A stretch of DNA of 64,000 bases from an uncultured bacterium. Its GTDB lineage: Bacteria; Krumholzibacteriota; Krumholzibacteriia; JACNKJ01. The notes beneath the pieces are model-generated. The model was not told the origin of the DNA, did not search any database, and was given only the letters and a program-made list of their open reading frames with translations. A program made the position numbers and the translations under genes. Numbering within the stretch: the first letter of the stretch is position 1; every line of letters begins with the position of its first letter. Shown here in pieces: positions 41,104 to 51,801 of the stretch. The stretch covers positions 608,001-672,000 of the forward strand of contig CAVOFT010000001.1 of assembly GCA_963695095.1 (NCBI GenBank), read 5' to 3'.

Positions 41104-42027
41104 TTAGAAGCCCAGGTTGCCCAGGGACAGGCCGAAGTGGAAGCTGTTGCTGCCGGCGATGCTGTAGGCCGTCGACAGGTTGACCACCTTCAGGTTGAGC
41201 CCCAGGCCCAGCGTCAGGTGGAGGTTCGTGGTCTTCTCGAACTCGAGGTCGATCACGTCCTCGTTCTCCTGCGTGTACTGCACGTCCATCGAGAAGGTGT
41301 CCAGGCTCAGGCCCACGAAGGGCTCGGCCGAGACCACGGCGCCGAAGCGCTTGCTCGCCTGGGCGCCGATCGAGAAGGCGTTGGTCGCGATCAGATCTTC
41401 GCCGTTGCTGTTCTCGCCGATGTTGAAACGCTGCCACAGGAAGCCCGCCGCGAGGTTGAACTTGGGCGCGGGCATGTACTGGGAGAGGCTGTGGCGCAGG
41501 CCGATGCCGAGCAGGTCCACCTTGCCCAGCTCGGAGTCGCCGGCCTCGAAGGAAGCCCAGCGGATCAGGGCCTCGCTGCCCATCACTCCGCCGACGCGGA
41601 GCTGCGGCACGATGAGGGCGAAGGAGTTCAGATCCAGGCCACCGGGGAAGGCGAACTGCGCGCCACCGTCACCCTCGACGATGACCGCCCCGCCGTCGCC
41701 GACGACGGTGGGCGCATTGGCGGTGCTGGCCGGAGAGAAGCCCCCCTCCGTGGAGGCGCGGAACTCGCGGTCCTCGTCGGCGAAGTAGAGGCCCATCAAG
41801 CGCACCTCCAGGCCGACGCGCAGCGCCGAGCGCGGAATGTGCGCTGACGCGAAGGCGCCGTCGTTCAGCGTCGCGCCCAGGGCGTCGGCCAGAGGCTGCA
41901 GATACCCGGTGGCGTTCTTGCCGGTGTAGGCCGAGAGCTGGTCTTCGATCTGGGCGACGGCCGGCGCCGCGGCGAGCATCAAGAGGATGCCGGTGGCCAG
42001 AAGCCGTCGCGGGGTTGGACAATGCAT
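41104..42027 (-). CDS. DUF6588-like putative outer-membrane beta-barrel protein
   Basis: Signal peptide; GYLQPLADALGATLN, APTVVG, VPQLRVG, GIGLRHSLSQY; C-terminal Phe. Confidence 0.7.
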   Translation of the reverse strand: MHCPTPRRLLATGILLMLAAAPAVAQIEDQLSAYTGKNATGYLQPLADALGATLNDGAFASAHIPRSALRVGLEVRLMGLYFADEDREFRASTEGGFSPASTANAPTVVGDGGAVIVEGDGGAQFAFPGGLDLNSFALIVPQLRVGGVMGSEALIRWASFEAGDSELGKVDLLGIGLRHSLSQYMPAPKFNLAAGFLWQRFNIGENSNGEDLIATNAFSIGAQASKRFGAVVSAEPFVGLSLDTFSMDVQYTQENEDVIDLEFEKTTNLHLTLGLGLNLKVVNLSTAYSIAGSNSFHFGLSLGNLGF

Positions 42028-42241
42028 GGCTGCCTCCTCGCGGGGGGCAGGGCCCGCCGCCTGGTTAGTAGCGGGATGCTAGCAGTCGCCATGCCGCACA
42101 GGCAAGAAAAGTGAGGACAACCACGACTTCGCAGTCTTGAATTAGGAAATCTGAAGGCGGCAGGCCGAGCGCGGAATCCAGTGGCGAGCGCCTTCGCCGC
42201 CATGCTATCGAGAGGGGGGTGCCGGGAACCGGGGGAGCATC

Positions 42242-42934
42242 GTGCGCGGACTGGGCAACATTCCTGTCACTCGGTGGACCCTCCGCGGCCTGGCGCTCGG
42301 CCTCCTGCTGATGGCCCCGCCGCCCGCGGGCTCGGCGGCCGGGCAGGCCGCTGCCCCGTCCGGCCCAACTTCCGGGCTGATTCCCGCCCCCCTGCTTTCC
42401 CTGCGCGAGAAGTACCATCCCCTCGTTCCCGGCACGGTCTGGACCTATCAGGTCGTGGAAGGCGGCCGCAGCTACGAGCAGCGCGTCGAGTTGCGCCCGG
42501 GCGAGGAGCCGGGCAGCTTCGAGCTGGAGACCTTTTCGCCGAAGCGCCGCGTGCGCTACCGGCTGTCCGTGCAGGGCGAGACCGTGCTCCTCCATCGCGT
42601 GGAAGCCAGGCTGTCCTTCCTGCCCCTCTGGCGCCGCCAGAGCTTCGCGCCGCCTCTGCCCTTCCTGAATCTGGAGCGAGGGCTCGTGAACGCGTGGACC
42701 TGGTCCGGCGAGGCGGCGGGTGACCACGGTCGAGTCAGCCGCATCCTTTACTGCGCCAGAGCGCTGGGCGCCGAGGGCGGCGCGGGCGAGGTCGAGCTGG
42801 AGGTCATCGCGGCCTGCGCCGCCGGCTCGGAAGCCGGCGCCGTCTATCGCGCGCAGTACGCGTCGGGCATCGGGCTCGTGCGCGTCGAGAGCAAGGACTA
42901 CTCGAAGGTCCTGGTGGGGCACCGGTCGCCCTAG
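42242..42934 (+). CDS. hypothetical exported protein
   Basis: Signal peptide; YHPLVPGTVWTY...YASGIGLVR pattern. Confidence 0.65.
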   Translation: MRGLGNIPVTRWTLRGLALGLLLMAPPPAGSAAGQAAAPSGPTSGLIPAPLLSLREKYHPLVPGTVWTYQVVEGGRSYEQRVELRPGEEPGSFELETFSPKRRVRYRLSVQGETVLLHRVEARLSFLPLWRRQSFAPPLPFLNLERGLVNAWTWSGEAAGDHGRVSRILYCARALGAEGGAGEVELEVIAACAAGSEAGAVYRAQYASGIGLVRVESKDYSKVLVGHRSP

Positions 42935-42977
42935 CCGATCGCCGGCAGGCACTATCGGGCGCGGCCAAGCGCTGCCC

Positions 42978-44189
42978 CTACTTCGCCGGCAGGGGCAGGG
43001 CCTCGGCGCCGGCCGGCAGGGCGCGATCGGGCACGCGGATGCGCAGGCAGACGAAGAAGCCGCCCAGCGCGATGGCCCCGGCCAGGATGAACACCCAGCG
43101 GAAGCCCCAGGCCTCCCAGAGATAGCCCGAGAGCACGGGCAGGCTCATCGCCACGGCGTGATCGATGGTGATGCCCAGCGACACGCTGGGCGTGATGTCG
43201 GCCGGGTCGCGGGCGATCTTCTTGAGGTAGGTGGTGCGCGCCACGCGCAGGGCGAAGAGCAGGTTGTCGAGCACGTAGGCGGCGTAGAGCAGGCGCAGAT
43301 CCCAGGGCGCGGGCAGGAGGTCGCTGGCGAAGGCGTAGACGAGGCAGACCGCCAACAGGAAGAGCTCGTCGGCCGCGAGCACGGTGCGCTCGCCGAGCCA
43401 GTCGATGACCTCGCCCAGCAGGGGACGCAGCACGATGCCCAGGGTGGCCGAGATGAAGTAGAGCAGCGCGATCGTCGCCACGCTCACGCCGTGCATCGAG
43501 ACCAGCACCCAGGAGCCGAAGACGAGGAAGATCTGCTTGCGGATGCCGAAGAGCGCGCTGATCGCGTAGAAGAGCCCGTACTCGCGCCGCACGACGAGGC
43601 GATGGCTGCGCGGCTCGCCCTTGCCCGTGCGCAGGCCGAGATAGAAGGCTCCCGAGACCAGCGCGAAGCCGGCGGCCAGCACGTAGAAGAGCGGGTAGTT
43701 GTTGCCGCCGAACTTGGCGAGCAGGTAGATCAGCCCGACGCCGACGATCGTGCCCAGGTTCCGCGCGCCGCCGAGCTGGCCCAGGCGCTTGCCCTCGCTG
43801 CCCGCGCGGGAGAGCTTGAGGCCGAGCGGGCCGTCCACGGCGAAGAGGATGTGGTCGCCCAGGGACCAGATCGCCACCCAGACCACGACGAGGGCCGTGC
43901 TCGGCGCGAGACGCGCGAGGCCGAGCGCACCCAGCGCGGCCAGGGCCATGGCCAGGCCGGCCATCTTGCTCTCGCGCATCCAGAGCGCGAGCAGGCCCGT
44001 GACGCCGACGAGGAGGAAGCCCGGCAGCTCGCGCGGGAACTCCAGCCAGCCGCGCGCCTCGGCGCCGAACCCGTGGATCTCGGCCAGGTAGTTGTTGAGG
44101 GTGGCGGCGAAGATGCCGGCCGCGGCGCCGAAGAAGGCGGTGGCGCCCAGGAGGCGGAGGAGTTCGCGGCGCTGCTCGGCGTTTCCCAT
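42978..44189 (-). CDS. MFS transporter
   Basis: About 12 hydrophobic segments; LEFPRELPG, RKQIF, IDWLGER, TIDH. Confidence 0.85.
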   Translation of the reverse strand: MGNAEQRRELLRLLGATAFFGAAAGIFAATLNNYLAEIHGFGAEARGWLEFPRELPGFLLVGVTGLLALWMRESKMAGLAMALAALGALGLARLAPSTALVVVWVAIWSLGDHILFAVDGPLGLKLSRAGSEGKRLGQLGGARNLGTIVGVGLIYLLAKFGGNNYPLFYVLAAGFALVSGAFYLGLRTGKGEPRSHRLVVRREYGLFYAISALFGIRKQIFLVFGSWVLVSMHGVSVATIALLYFISATLGIVLRPLLGEVIDWLGERTVLAADELFLLAVCLVYAFASDLLPAPWDLRLLYAAYVLDNLLFALRVARTTYLKKIARDPADITPSVSLGITIDHAVAMSLPVLSGYLWEAWGFRWVFILAGAIALGGFFVCLRIRVPDRALPAGAEALPLPAK

Positions 44190-44471
44190 TCGCCCATGCT
44201 AGGCAAAGCCGCTGCCGCCCGCAAGCGGGGCGCGGCGGCGCCCCGGCGCCGTCCCCAAGATTATTTTTGAGGCGGCCCGTTGCCGAGCGTATCCGGTTCG
44301 TTCCAGGCGTGTCCGGTGCCATCCTGACGGCATGCAGAGGCGGATCTGCCCGTGATTTTGCTGATGAGACGGCGCAGCCGCCCTGCTATACTCAGGCGCC
44401 TCGAACCCTGGTCGCGTTCGCATCCACAGTCCAGCAGCAGCCGGCCCGCGGCCGGTCCAGGAGAACACTAC

Positions 44472-45578
44472 ATGCGCAGCCTCAAGCTCATCCTCTTCCT
44501 CGCCGCCATCCTCACCCTTGGCCTCGCCGGCTGCAGCCGCGACAGCAGTCCCCTGTCGCCGGCCGCCGGCGACGACGCCCCCGGCCCGCTCTTCGGCTGG
44601 CAGTTGCCTGCCGAGGCCACTCTCACCGAGCGCCACGCTGAAGCGTCTACGTCGTCGAGTCCAGCTACCAGACCGTGAACGCCCATCGCCTGACCCGGGA
44701 CTGGGACGAAGCTACGGTCACCTGGGCCAGCTTCGCCGTCGACGACGGCGGCGCCTACGCGCCCGCGGTGCTCGCCGGCTTCACGGCCGACTTCGGCGCC
44801 GGCTATGCGAGCATGGACGTCACCGCGCAGGTGCTCGCCTGGATGAACGGCGAGGATCCCAACTTCGGCTTCCTGCTCCGGCAGCCGCTCGCCGACAGCC
44901 CGCGCACGGAGATGCTCAGCCGCGAGCGCGCCGCGAACCGCCCCGTGCTCGAGATCGTGTACAGCCTGAACGGCGAGACCGATCACCACCGAGATCGAGC
45001 GCCCTGGCCGATGCGCAGATCAACGCGCGGCGAGCCGGACACGGCCTTCGGCCTCGTGGACAAGCTCTACGCCGGCTGGCGGGACGCGGCGCGAGAAGGC
45101 CAGCCTGATCCGCTTCGACCTCGACGTCCAGCCTCCGGACGATGACGAGGGCGGCTGCAGCCTGACCATCGGCTTCTGGAAGACCCACTGCGGCTTCGGT
45201 CCCCAGGCCGACGAGGTGACCCCGCTGCTCGGTGACGGCATCTGGCTCGGCGATCCCGCGGGGCCGAAGTCCCTGGCCGTGACGAACCGGACGATCGCCC
45301 GCGACGTGCTGCGCGAGAACGTCTACGGCAGCCAGAGCAACGGCATCACGAAGCTCTACGCACAACTGCTTGGCACCAAGCTGAACGTCGCCAACGGCGC
45401 CGATGACGACGCGGTAGAGGCGGCGATCGCCGCGGCCGATGCCTTCCTCGCCACGCACAACCACTTGGACTGGGCCGGCCTCTCCGCGGCCGACCGGGCG
45501 CAAGTGCTGGCCTGGAAGGATACTTGCGACGACTATAACAATGGCGAAATCGGCCCCGGCCACTGCGGCGACGAGTAG
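44472..45578 (+). CDS. lipoprotein with DNRLRE-like domain and C-terminal TIGxWK...GPGHC domain, multiply frameshifted
   Basis: AGGAG RBS; lipobox LAGC; HRLTRDWDEATVTW, DVTAQVLAW, NFGFLL, SRE...P.L; NGITKLYAQLLG. Confidence 0.7.
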
Positions 45579-45626
45579 GTCCGAGCTGCCGGCGGCCCCC
45601 GCCGCCTGGAAGAGCATGGGATACAT

Positions 45627-45657
45627 GGCCCGCCGGCGCTCGCCGGCGGGCCTTTTC
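45627..45657 (+). terminator. intrinsic terminator
   Basis: ggcccgccggc-gctc-gccggcgggcc-tttt. Confidence 0.75.
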
Positions 45658-45862
45658 TCGCGGAGGACCCCGAGCTGGTCGTGGTCAGCTGGCGCCCAGG
45701 AGGTCGCGGTTCAGGGCCACGAGGCATTCCTTTCCCGCGCCGATTCTGCGATACTGAAGGCCGCCACAGGCTTCCGTTGCCGGAACTCGAGCGCCCGCGG
45801 GGGCGTTCCGCCACCCCTCGGCAAACACAACCGTCGACAGACGACATCTGGGGAGGATATCC

Positions 45863-47302
45863 ATGCTCAAAGTCAGGCAGATCCTGCTTTTCACCGCCCT
45901 GGCGGCCCTGCTCCTTGCGGGCTGCAGCCAGGATCGCGGGCCCATCGCGCCCACCAACGATGCGCCGCCGGCGGACCTCGGCTACGTCCTGCCTGAAGGC
46001 GCCACACTGACCTCGGCCACCTTCAAGGTCTTTGCGGTCGGGGCCACCTTCGAGAACGTCGGGATCTACAGGACCACGGTGGATTGGGAGGAAACGACAG
46101 TCACCTGGGACAACTTCGATCTCTACGGCGGCTCATTCGACCCCGCTGCCCTGGGCGGCTTCACGGTCAGTACGGGCATGACCTACTACGCTGTCGATGT
46201 CACGGCTCAGGTGATGGCCTGGATGAACGGAGACCAGCCGAACTACGGCCTCCTCATCAAGCAGCCGGTCGAGCTGAGCCAGCGCACCGAGTACTACAGC
46301 CGCGAGCGCGGGACCGATCCGCCCGTGCTCGAGCTCGTCTACACGATCGGTGGCGAGACCGTCACCGAGCTGCTCGAGCCCCTGGCCGATGCGATGATCA
46401 ATGCCGTCGAGCCGGCCGTCAACTACGGCACACTGGACAAGCTCTACTCCGGCTGGCGCAACGAGGGCGAGAAGGTCTCCCTGGTGCGCTTCGATCTCGA
46501 CATCGTCGAGCCAGAGCTGGCCGCCATCGGCGATTTCGTCTGGTACGACATGAACCAGAACGGCGTGCAGGACGACGGTGAGGCCGGCGTGCCGGCGTCA
46601 CCGTGCACCTGACCGACTGCCAGGGCAACATGCTGGGCATGATGCTGACGGACGAGAACGGCTACTATCTGTTCGGCAACCTGGAGCCCGGCAACTACGC
46701 CGTCCACTTCGTGCTGCCGGACGGCTACGTCTTCACGATGCAGGACATCGGCCCGGACGACCTGGACAGCGACGCCGATCCCCAGACGGGCGCGACGATC
46801 TGCACCGAGCTGGTGGCAGGCGAGACCGATCTCACCTGGGACGCCGGCATCTTCATGCCCGAGCAGGAAGAGGGCTGCTCGCACACCATCGGCTACTGGA
46901 AGAACCACGGCGGCTCGGCCCCCAGGCGGACGTGGTGACGGCCTGCTCGGCAGCGGCATCTGGCTAGGGGATGCGGACGGCGACGAGTCGCTGGCCGTGA
47001 TCAACCGGACCATCGCCTACAACGTGCTGCGGCAGCGCGTCTACGGGAGCCCGAGCAATGGGATCACCAAGCTCTACGCCCAGCTCCTGGGCGCCAAGCT
47101 GAGCATCGCCGACGGCGCCGGCGATGGGGCGGTGGCCATGGCCATCGCGGCGGCCGATGCCTTCCTGGCGAGCCATGACTGGACTGACTGGAACGGCCTG
47201 TCCACCGCCCAGAAGGACATGGTCATGGCCTGGCACGGCATGTTCGATGACTACAACAACGGCGAGATCGGCCCCGGCCACTGCGACGAAACCGGGGAGT
47301 AG
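45863..47302 (+). CDS. paralogous lipoprotein: DNRLRE-like domain, SdrD B-like domain and the same C-terminal domain, frameshifted
   Basis: GGGGAGG RBS; lipobox LAGC; IGDFVWYDMNQNGVQDDGEAGV, TDENGYYLFGNLEPGNY, DSDADP, WDAG; NGITKLYAQLLG. Confidence 0.75.
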
Positions 47303-47370
47303 CGCCGCACGCAGCCGCCCCCACCCCGCCCGGCGGGGATGGCTGCCAAGGAATGCTGCGATTCACGAGG

Positions 47371-47403
47371 AGCCCGCCGGCAGCCGCCGGCGGGCTTCGT
47401 CTT
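47371..47403 (+). terminator. intrinsic terminator-like hairpin
   Basis: agcccgccggc-agcc-gccggcgggct-tcgtctt. Confidence 0.6.
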
Positions 47404-47434
47404 GACTCCTAATCAGGCCCGCCGCCCGATTGGA

Positions 47435-47464
47435 CTTGAATCCCAATTCAAGGCCCTTTAACCT
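47435..47464 (+). promoter_or_regulatory. putative promoter with overlapping palindrome upstream of the multiheme cytochrome
   Basis: CTTGAAT-ccca-ATTCAAG; TTGAAT -17 nt- TAACCT. Confidence 0.5.
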
Positions 47465-47573
47465 GGTTGGTGCGCTGGGCCCTGAGGGCCCTGCGCGCGG
47501 CCTCTGGAGGCATACGCGTCGCCGCTACCGGCAGCCCCGTGGCCAGGATTGACACTCTCTACAGGAGGCGGTC

Positions 47574-50257
47574 ATGATCATCGTACGCGCACCTCGCATC
47601 GCAGGCACCCTGGGCGCCTTGCTCCTCCTCTGCGCCGCGAGCGCCCAGGCCAGGAATCCAATCAGGAATGCCTTCTTCAGCGTGTATCCCTCGGCGCAGG
47701 GCACGGTGCTCTCGGATGTACCGAGCAATGCCGCGCACTGCGGCGTCTGCCACTTCGACTTCGACGGCAGCGGCACGCGCAATGCCTACGGTCTGGCCGT
47801 CCAGGTGGCCATCGCCTCGGGGCAGTACGGCTCCACCGCTGCCGCCATCCAGTCCCTGGACGCCCTGGACTCCGACGGCGACGGCTACAGCAACCTCATC
47901 GAGATCATCGACACGGCCAACTTCGGCAACACGCCCACCTTTCCCGGCCTCTCGGCCAGCAACGTGGGCAATGTCGTCAACGTGAACCCCGCCGATCTGA
48001 CGGCCCACCTCACGCCCAGCGGCGGCACGGACACAACGCCGCCACAGGTCTGGGTGCTCGGTCCCAACGGCGGCGAGAGCATCGCGCCGAACGGCCTGGA
48101 GATCGTGACCTGGACGGCCGAGGACCCCAGCGGCATCGGCGCCGTCAACATCTACCAGTCCGACGACGGCGGCCTCCACTGGCACACGCTGGCCCGCGGC
48201 CTCGCCGACACGGGCAGCTTCGACTGGTTCGTGCCCAACCGCCCGGGCGCGCTCAACCGGATTCGCGTCGAGGCCCGCGACGGCGCCGGCAACCTCGGCG
48301 ACGACGAGAGCGACGGCTTCTTCACGATCCTGCCCTGCGCCGGCGGCACCGTGCCCACCACCCTGCGCGACTTCGACCTGCGCGGGGACGCAGCCCCTGG
48401 AGGCGGGCATCCTGGATGATCCCACCCGAGAGCTGCGTCACCTGCCACGGCGAGTACGACCCCGCCGTCGAGCCCTGGCACAACTGGCGGGGCAGCATGA
48501 TGGGCCAGGCCATGCGCGACCCGCTCTTCCTGGCCACCATGGTGCGTCGCCGAGCAGGACGCGCCGGCCGTCGGGCGACCTCTGCCTGCGCTGCCACACG
48601 CCCGGCGGCTGGCAGGAGGGGCGCTCGGCCGACACCAGCGGCGGCCTGCTCATGCGCCAAGGACCGCGAGGCGGTGCAGTGCGACTTCTGCCACCGGCTG
48701 GTCGACCCGATCTACGCGGCGGGCGTCAGCCCGCTGGCGGACCTGGACATCCTCGCCGATCTGGCCGAGCTGCCCCTGCGACGACGGCCAACGGCCAGTT
48801 CGTCACCGACCCCGACCCCATCCGCCGCGGGCCCTACGCCGACGCGCCAGGCGGACCACCAGTTCCTCGAGTCGCCCTTCCACCGCGACGCGCGACCTGT
48901 GCGGCACCTGCCACGACGTGAGCAACCCGGTCTTCGTGCAGGGCGCAGCGCCCGGCGAGTACGTCGCCCACGCCCTCGACGCGCCCCACCCGGACGGCGA
49001 CCTGCGCAACATGTTCCCGGTCGAGCGCACCTTCAGCGAGTGGACGATGAGCGAGTACGCCGACGACGGGCGTCTACGCGCCCCAGTTCGCGGGCAACAA
49101 GCCCGACGGCATCGTCTCGCACCTGCCAGGACTGCCACATGCGGGACGTCACCGGCCGCGGCGCCGACGGCGGCCCGGTGCGCAGCGACCTGCCGCTGCA
49201 CGACCTCACCGGCGGCAACCACTTCGTGCCGGACATCCTGCCCGAGTTCTACCCCGGCGAGGTGAACGCGGCCCAGCTCCAGGACGCGCAAGCTGCGCGC
49301 CGATCGACATGCTGCAGCTGGCGGCCACGCTGGAGCTGACCGAGTCGACGTCGACGGCGCAGTCGGCGGTCGACGGTGACGCGTGACCAACGAGACCGGC
49401 CACAAGCTGCCCTCGGGCTATCCGGAGGGGCGGCGGATCTGGATCAACGTGAAGGCCTACGACGACAGCCGATGCCGCTGGTCTACGAGTCGGGCGCCTA
49501 CGACGCGGCCACCGGCGAGCTGACGCCACGACGCGGACGTCGAAGATCTACGAGATCAAGCCGGGCATCTCGACGCGGCTGGCGGGCGCGCTCGGGCCTG
49601 CCGGCCGGGCCCGTCGTTCCACTTCGTGCTCAACGACACGGTCTACAGCGACAACCGGATCCCGCCGCGCGGCTTCACGAACGCGGCGTTCACGGCGATC
49701 CAGTCGCCGCCGGTGGCCCACGCCTACGCGGACGGCCAGTACTGGGACGAGACGGTCTACCTGCTGCCCGCCGGCCGCAGCTGGATAGAGGTGACGCTCT
49801 ACTACCAGACGACCTCGAAGGAGTACATCGAGTTCCTGCGCGACGAGCAACGTCACCAACAGCCTCGGCGACGAGCTCTACGCGGCCTGGGTGGCGCAGG
49901 GCCGCGCCGCCCCGGTGACCATGGCCGCAGCGGCAATCCTCCTCAGCGGCACGGGCCTGCCGGAGGACAGCCCGGCGGCAGTGTTCGCGCTGAACCAGAA
50001 TGCGCCCAATCCCTTCAACCCGAGCACGCTGCATCGAGTACAGCCTGCCGGCAGCCGGGCCCGTGCGCCTCGTCGTGCTGGACGCGCAGGGGCGCCGCGT
50101 GTGCACCCTCGTCGACGATCTGCAGAGCGCCGGCATCCACGCCGTGCGCTGGGATGGCCGGGATCAGGCGGGCAACCGCCTCGCGTCCGGGGTCTACCTC
50201 TATCGCCTGGAGGCGGGTAGCCTGACGGCAACGAGGAAGATGCTTCTGCTCAAATGA
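47574..50257 (+). CDS. secreted multiheme c-type cytochrome (six visible CxxCH) with Ig-like and C-terminal FlgD-Ig/T9SS-like domain, multiply frameshifted
   Basis: AGGAGG RBS; signal peptide; CGVCH 47739, CVTCH 48434, CLRCH 48583, CDFCH 48680, CGTCH 48900, CQDCH 49124; [31 protein letters not shown]...WDGRD...SGVYLYRL. Confidence 0.85.
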
Positions 50258-50470
50258 TCCTCTCATGCCAAGGATCCGGCCCATGCCAGGCGCCGGCCCC
50301 CGCCTGGGGCCGGCGCTGTTTCTTGGCCATCGCCCTTCATCGCAGGGGTCGCGGCCGCGATCCGGGCCCCTGCGATCGCGGGAAAAGCGCGGATTCTCTT
50401 GCAGCGAGGCGCCGGGCGGGTCAGGATAGCGCCTCGCGCCGCTCCGGCCGCGAACGGGATGGCCTTTTTC

Positions 50471-51610
50471 ATGCGCATCGCCCTCACGACGGAGACCTGG
50501 CTGCCCAAGCGCGACGGGATCACGCGCACGCTCTGCCACCTGCTCGAGCATCTGGAGCGGCAGGGTCACGAGGCGCTGCTCTTCGCTCCGGAGGGCGGGG
50601 AGGATCGCCACGGCGCCACGCGCGTGGTGGGCCTGCCGGCCTGCGGACTGCCGGTCTATCCCGGCCTCCGCCTGGCGGGGGGCCAGAAGCGCCTCGCCGC
50701 CGAGCTGGCCGCCTTCGCGCCGGACCTGGTTCACCTCATCGGGCCGGTCTGGCTGGGGCGCGCCGCCCTGCGCTGCGCCCGCGCGCTGGAGCTGCCGGTC
50801 ATCTCCAGCTACCACACGGATCTGCCCGCCTATGCGGGCAGCTACCGGCTGCCCTTTCTCAAGGAGTTCGCCTGGACCTGGCTGCGCCGCCTGCACAACC
50901 AGACGGACCGCACGCTTGCGCCCTCCCGTTTCACCCGCGCGCAGCTCGAGGCCCAGGGTTTCCAGCGCCTCGGCATCTGGGCGGGCGGCGTCGATAGCCA
51001 GCACTTCCATCCCCGGCGGGCGGATGCCGACTGGCGCCGGCGCCTGAGCGGCGGCGAGCCCGAGCGGCCGCTGCTCATCTGCGTGAGCCGCCTGGCGGCG
51101 GAAAAGCGCCTCGAGTGGCTCAGGGAGCTGGTGGTCGCCCGGCCCGACCTGCGCCTGGCCCTGGTGGGCGAGGGCCCGCGCCGCGCCGAGCTGGAGCGGC
51201 TCTTCGCCGGCACGCCCACCGTCTTCACCGGCCACCTGGACGGGGACGCGCTGGCCGCCGCCTATGCCTCGGCGGACCTCTTCGTCTTTCCCTCGGTGAC
51301 GGAGACCTTCGGCAACGTCGTCTTCGAGGCCATGGCCTCGGGGCTGCCGGTGGTGGCCGCCGACCTGGGCGGTCAGGTCGAGCACGTGCAGCCCGGCCTC
51401 AACGGCCTGCTCTTCCGCGCGGAGGAGCCGGCCAGCCTCGTGAGCAGCGCGGTCGCCCTGCTGGCGGATCCCGAGCGCCGTCGCGAGCTCGGCCGCAACG
51501 CGCGCCGCTACGCCGAGGCCCGGCCCTGGGCGGCCTGCCTGGACGGGCTGCTCGAGGACTACGGCCGGCTCGTCGCGCGTCGGCATGTTCGGGCGATGGC
51601 CGCGCGCTGA
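50471..51610 (+). CDS. glycosyltransferase family 4
   Basis: MRIALTTETWLP..DG, SYHT, VSRLAAEK, VGEGP, YASADLFVFPSVTETFGNVVFEAMASGLPVV. Confidence 0.92.
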   Translation: MRIALTTETWLPKRDGITRTLCHLLEHLERQGHEALLFAPEGGEDRHGATRVVGLPACGLPVYPGLRLAGGQKRLAAELAAFAPDLVHLIGPVWLGRAALRCARALELPVISSYHTDLPAYAGSYRLPFLKEFAWTWLRRLHNQTDRTLAPSRFTRAQLEAQGFQRLGIWAGGVDSQHFHPRRADADWRRRLSGGEPERPLLICVSRLAAEKRLEWLRELVVARPDLRLALVGEGPRRAELERLFAGTPTVFTGHLDGDALAAAYASADLFVFPSVTETFGNVVFEAMASGLPVVAADLGGQVEHVQPGLNGLLFRAEEPASLVSSAVALLADPERRRELGRNARRYAEARPWAACLDGLLEDYGRLVARRHVRAMAAR

Positions 51611-51643
51611 GCGCATCTGCGCTAGGCCGGATGCAGCGATCCC

Positions 51644-51751
51644 TGCTATAATGCCGTCGGCGCGCGCGGTTGGGTGAGCCCTTCTGTGCGAGCTCCTCTG
51701 CGTCGCCTCTCCTAGTTGCCCTGGCGCCTTTCGGCGCCGGGGTTCCTTTTT
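51644..51751 (+). ncRNA. candidate small RNA (about 90 nt) with its own extended -10 promoter and terminator
   Basis: TGcTATAAT at 51644-51652; no plausible CDS before the hairpin ccctggcgcc-tttc-ggcgccgggg-ttccttttt ending at 51751; the next gene is convergent. Confidence 0.55.
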
Positions 51752-51801
51752 ACGCCGACGCCTCCTGCTGGCCCGACGGCAGGGCTCCCGCCAATCGAGC
51801 G

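Noticed and set aside
44200..44260. Possible c-di-GMP riboswitch (GGCAAA followed by a hairpin)
   Set aside because: Lacks the GAAA tetraloop/GACGCAAA and second stem of the GEMM motif; overlaps the MFS promoter region
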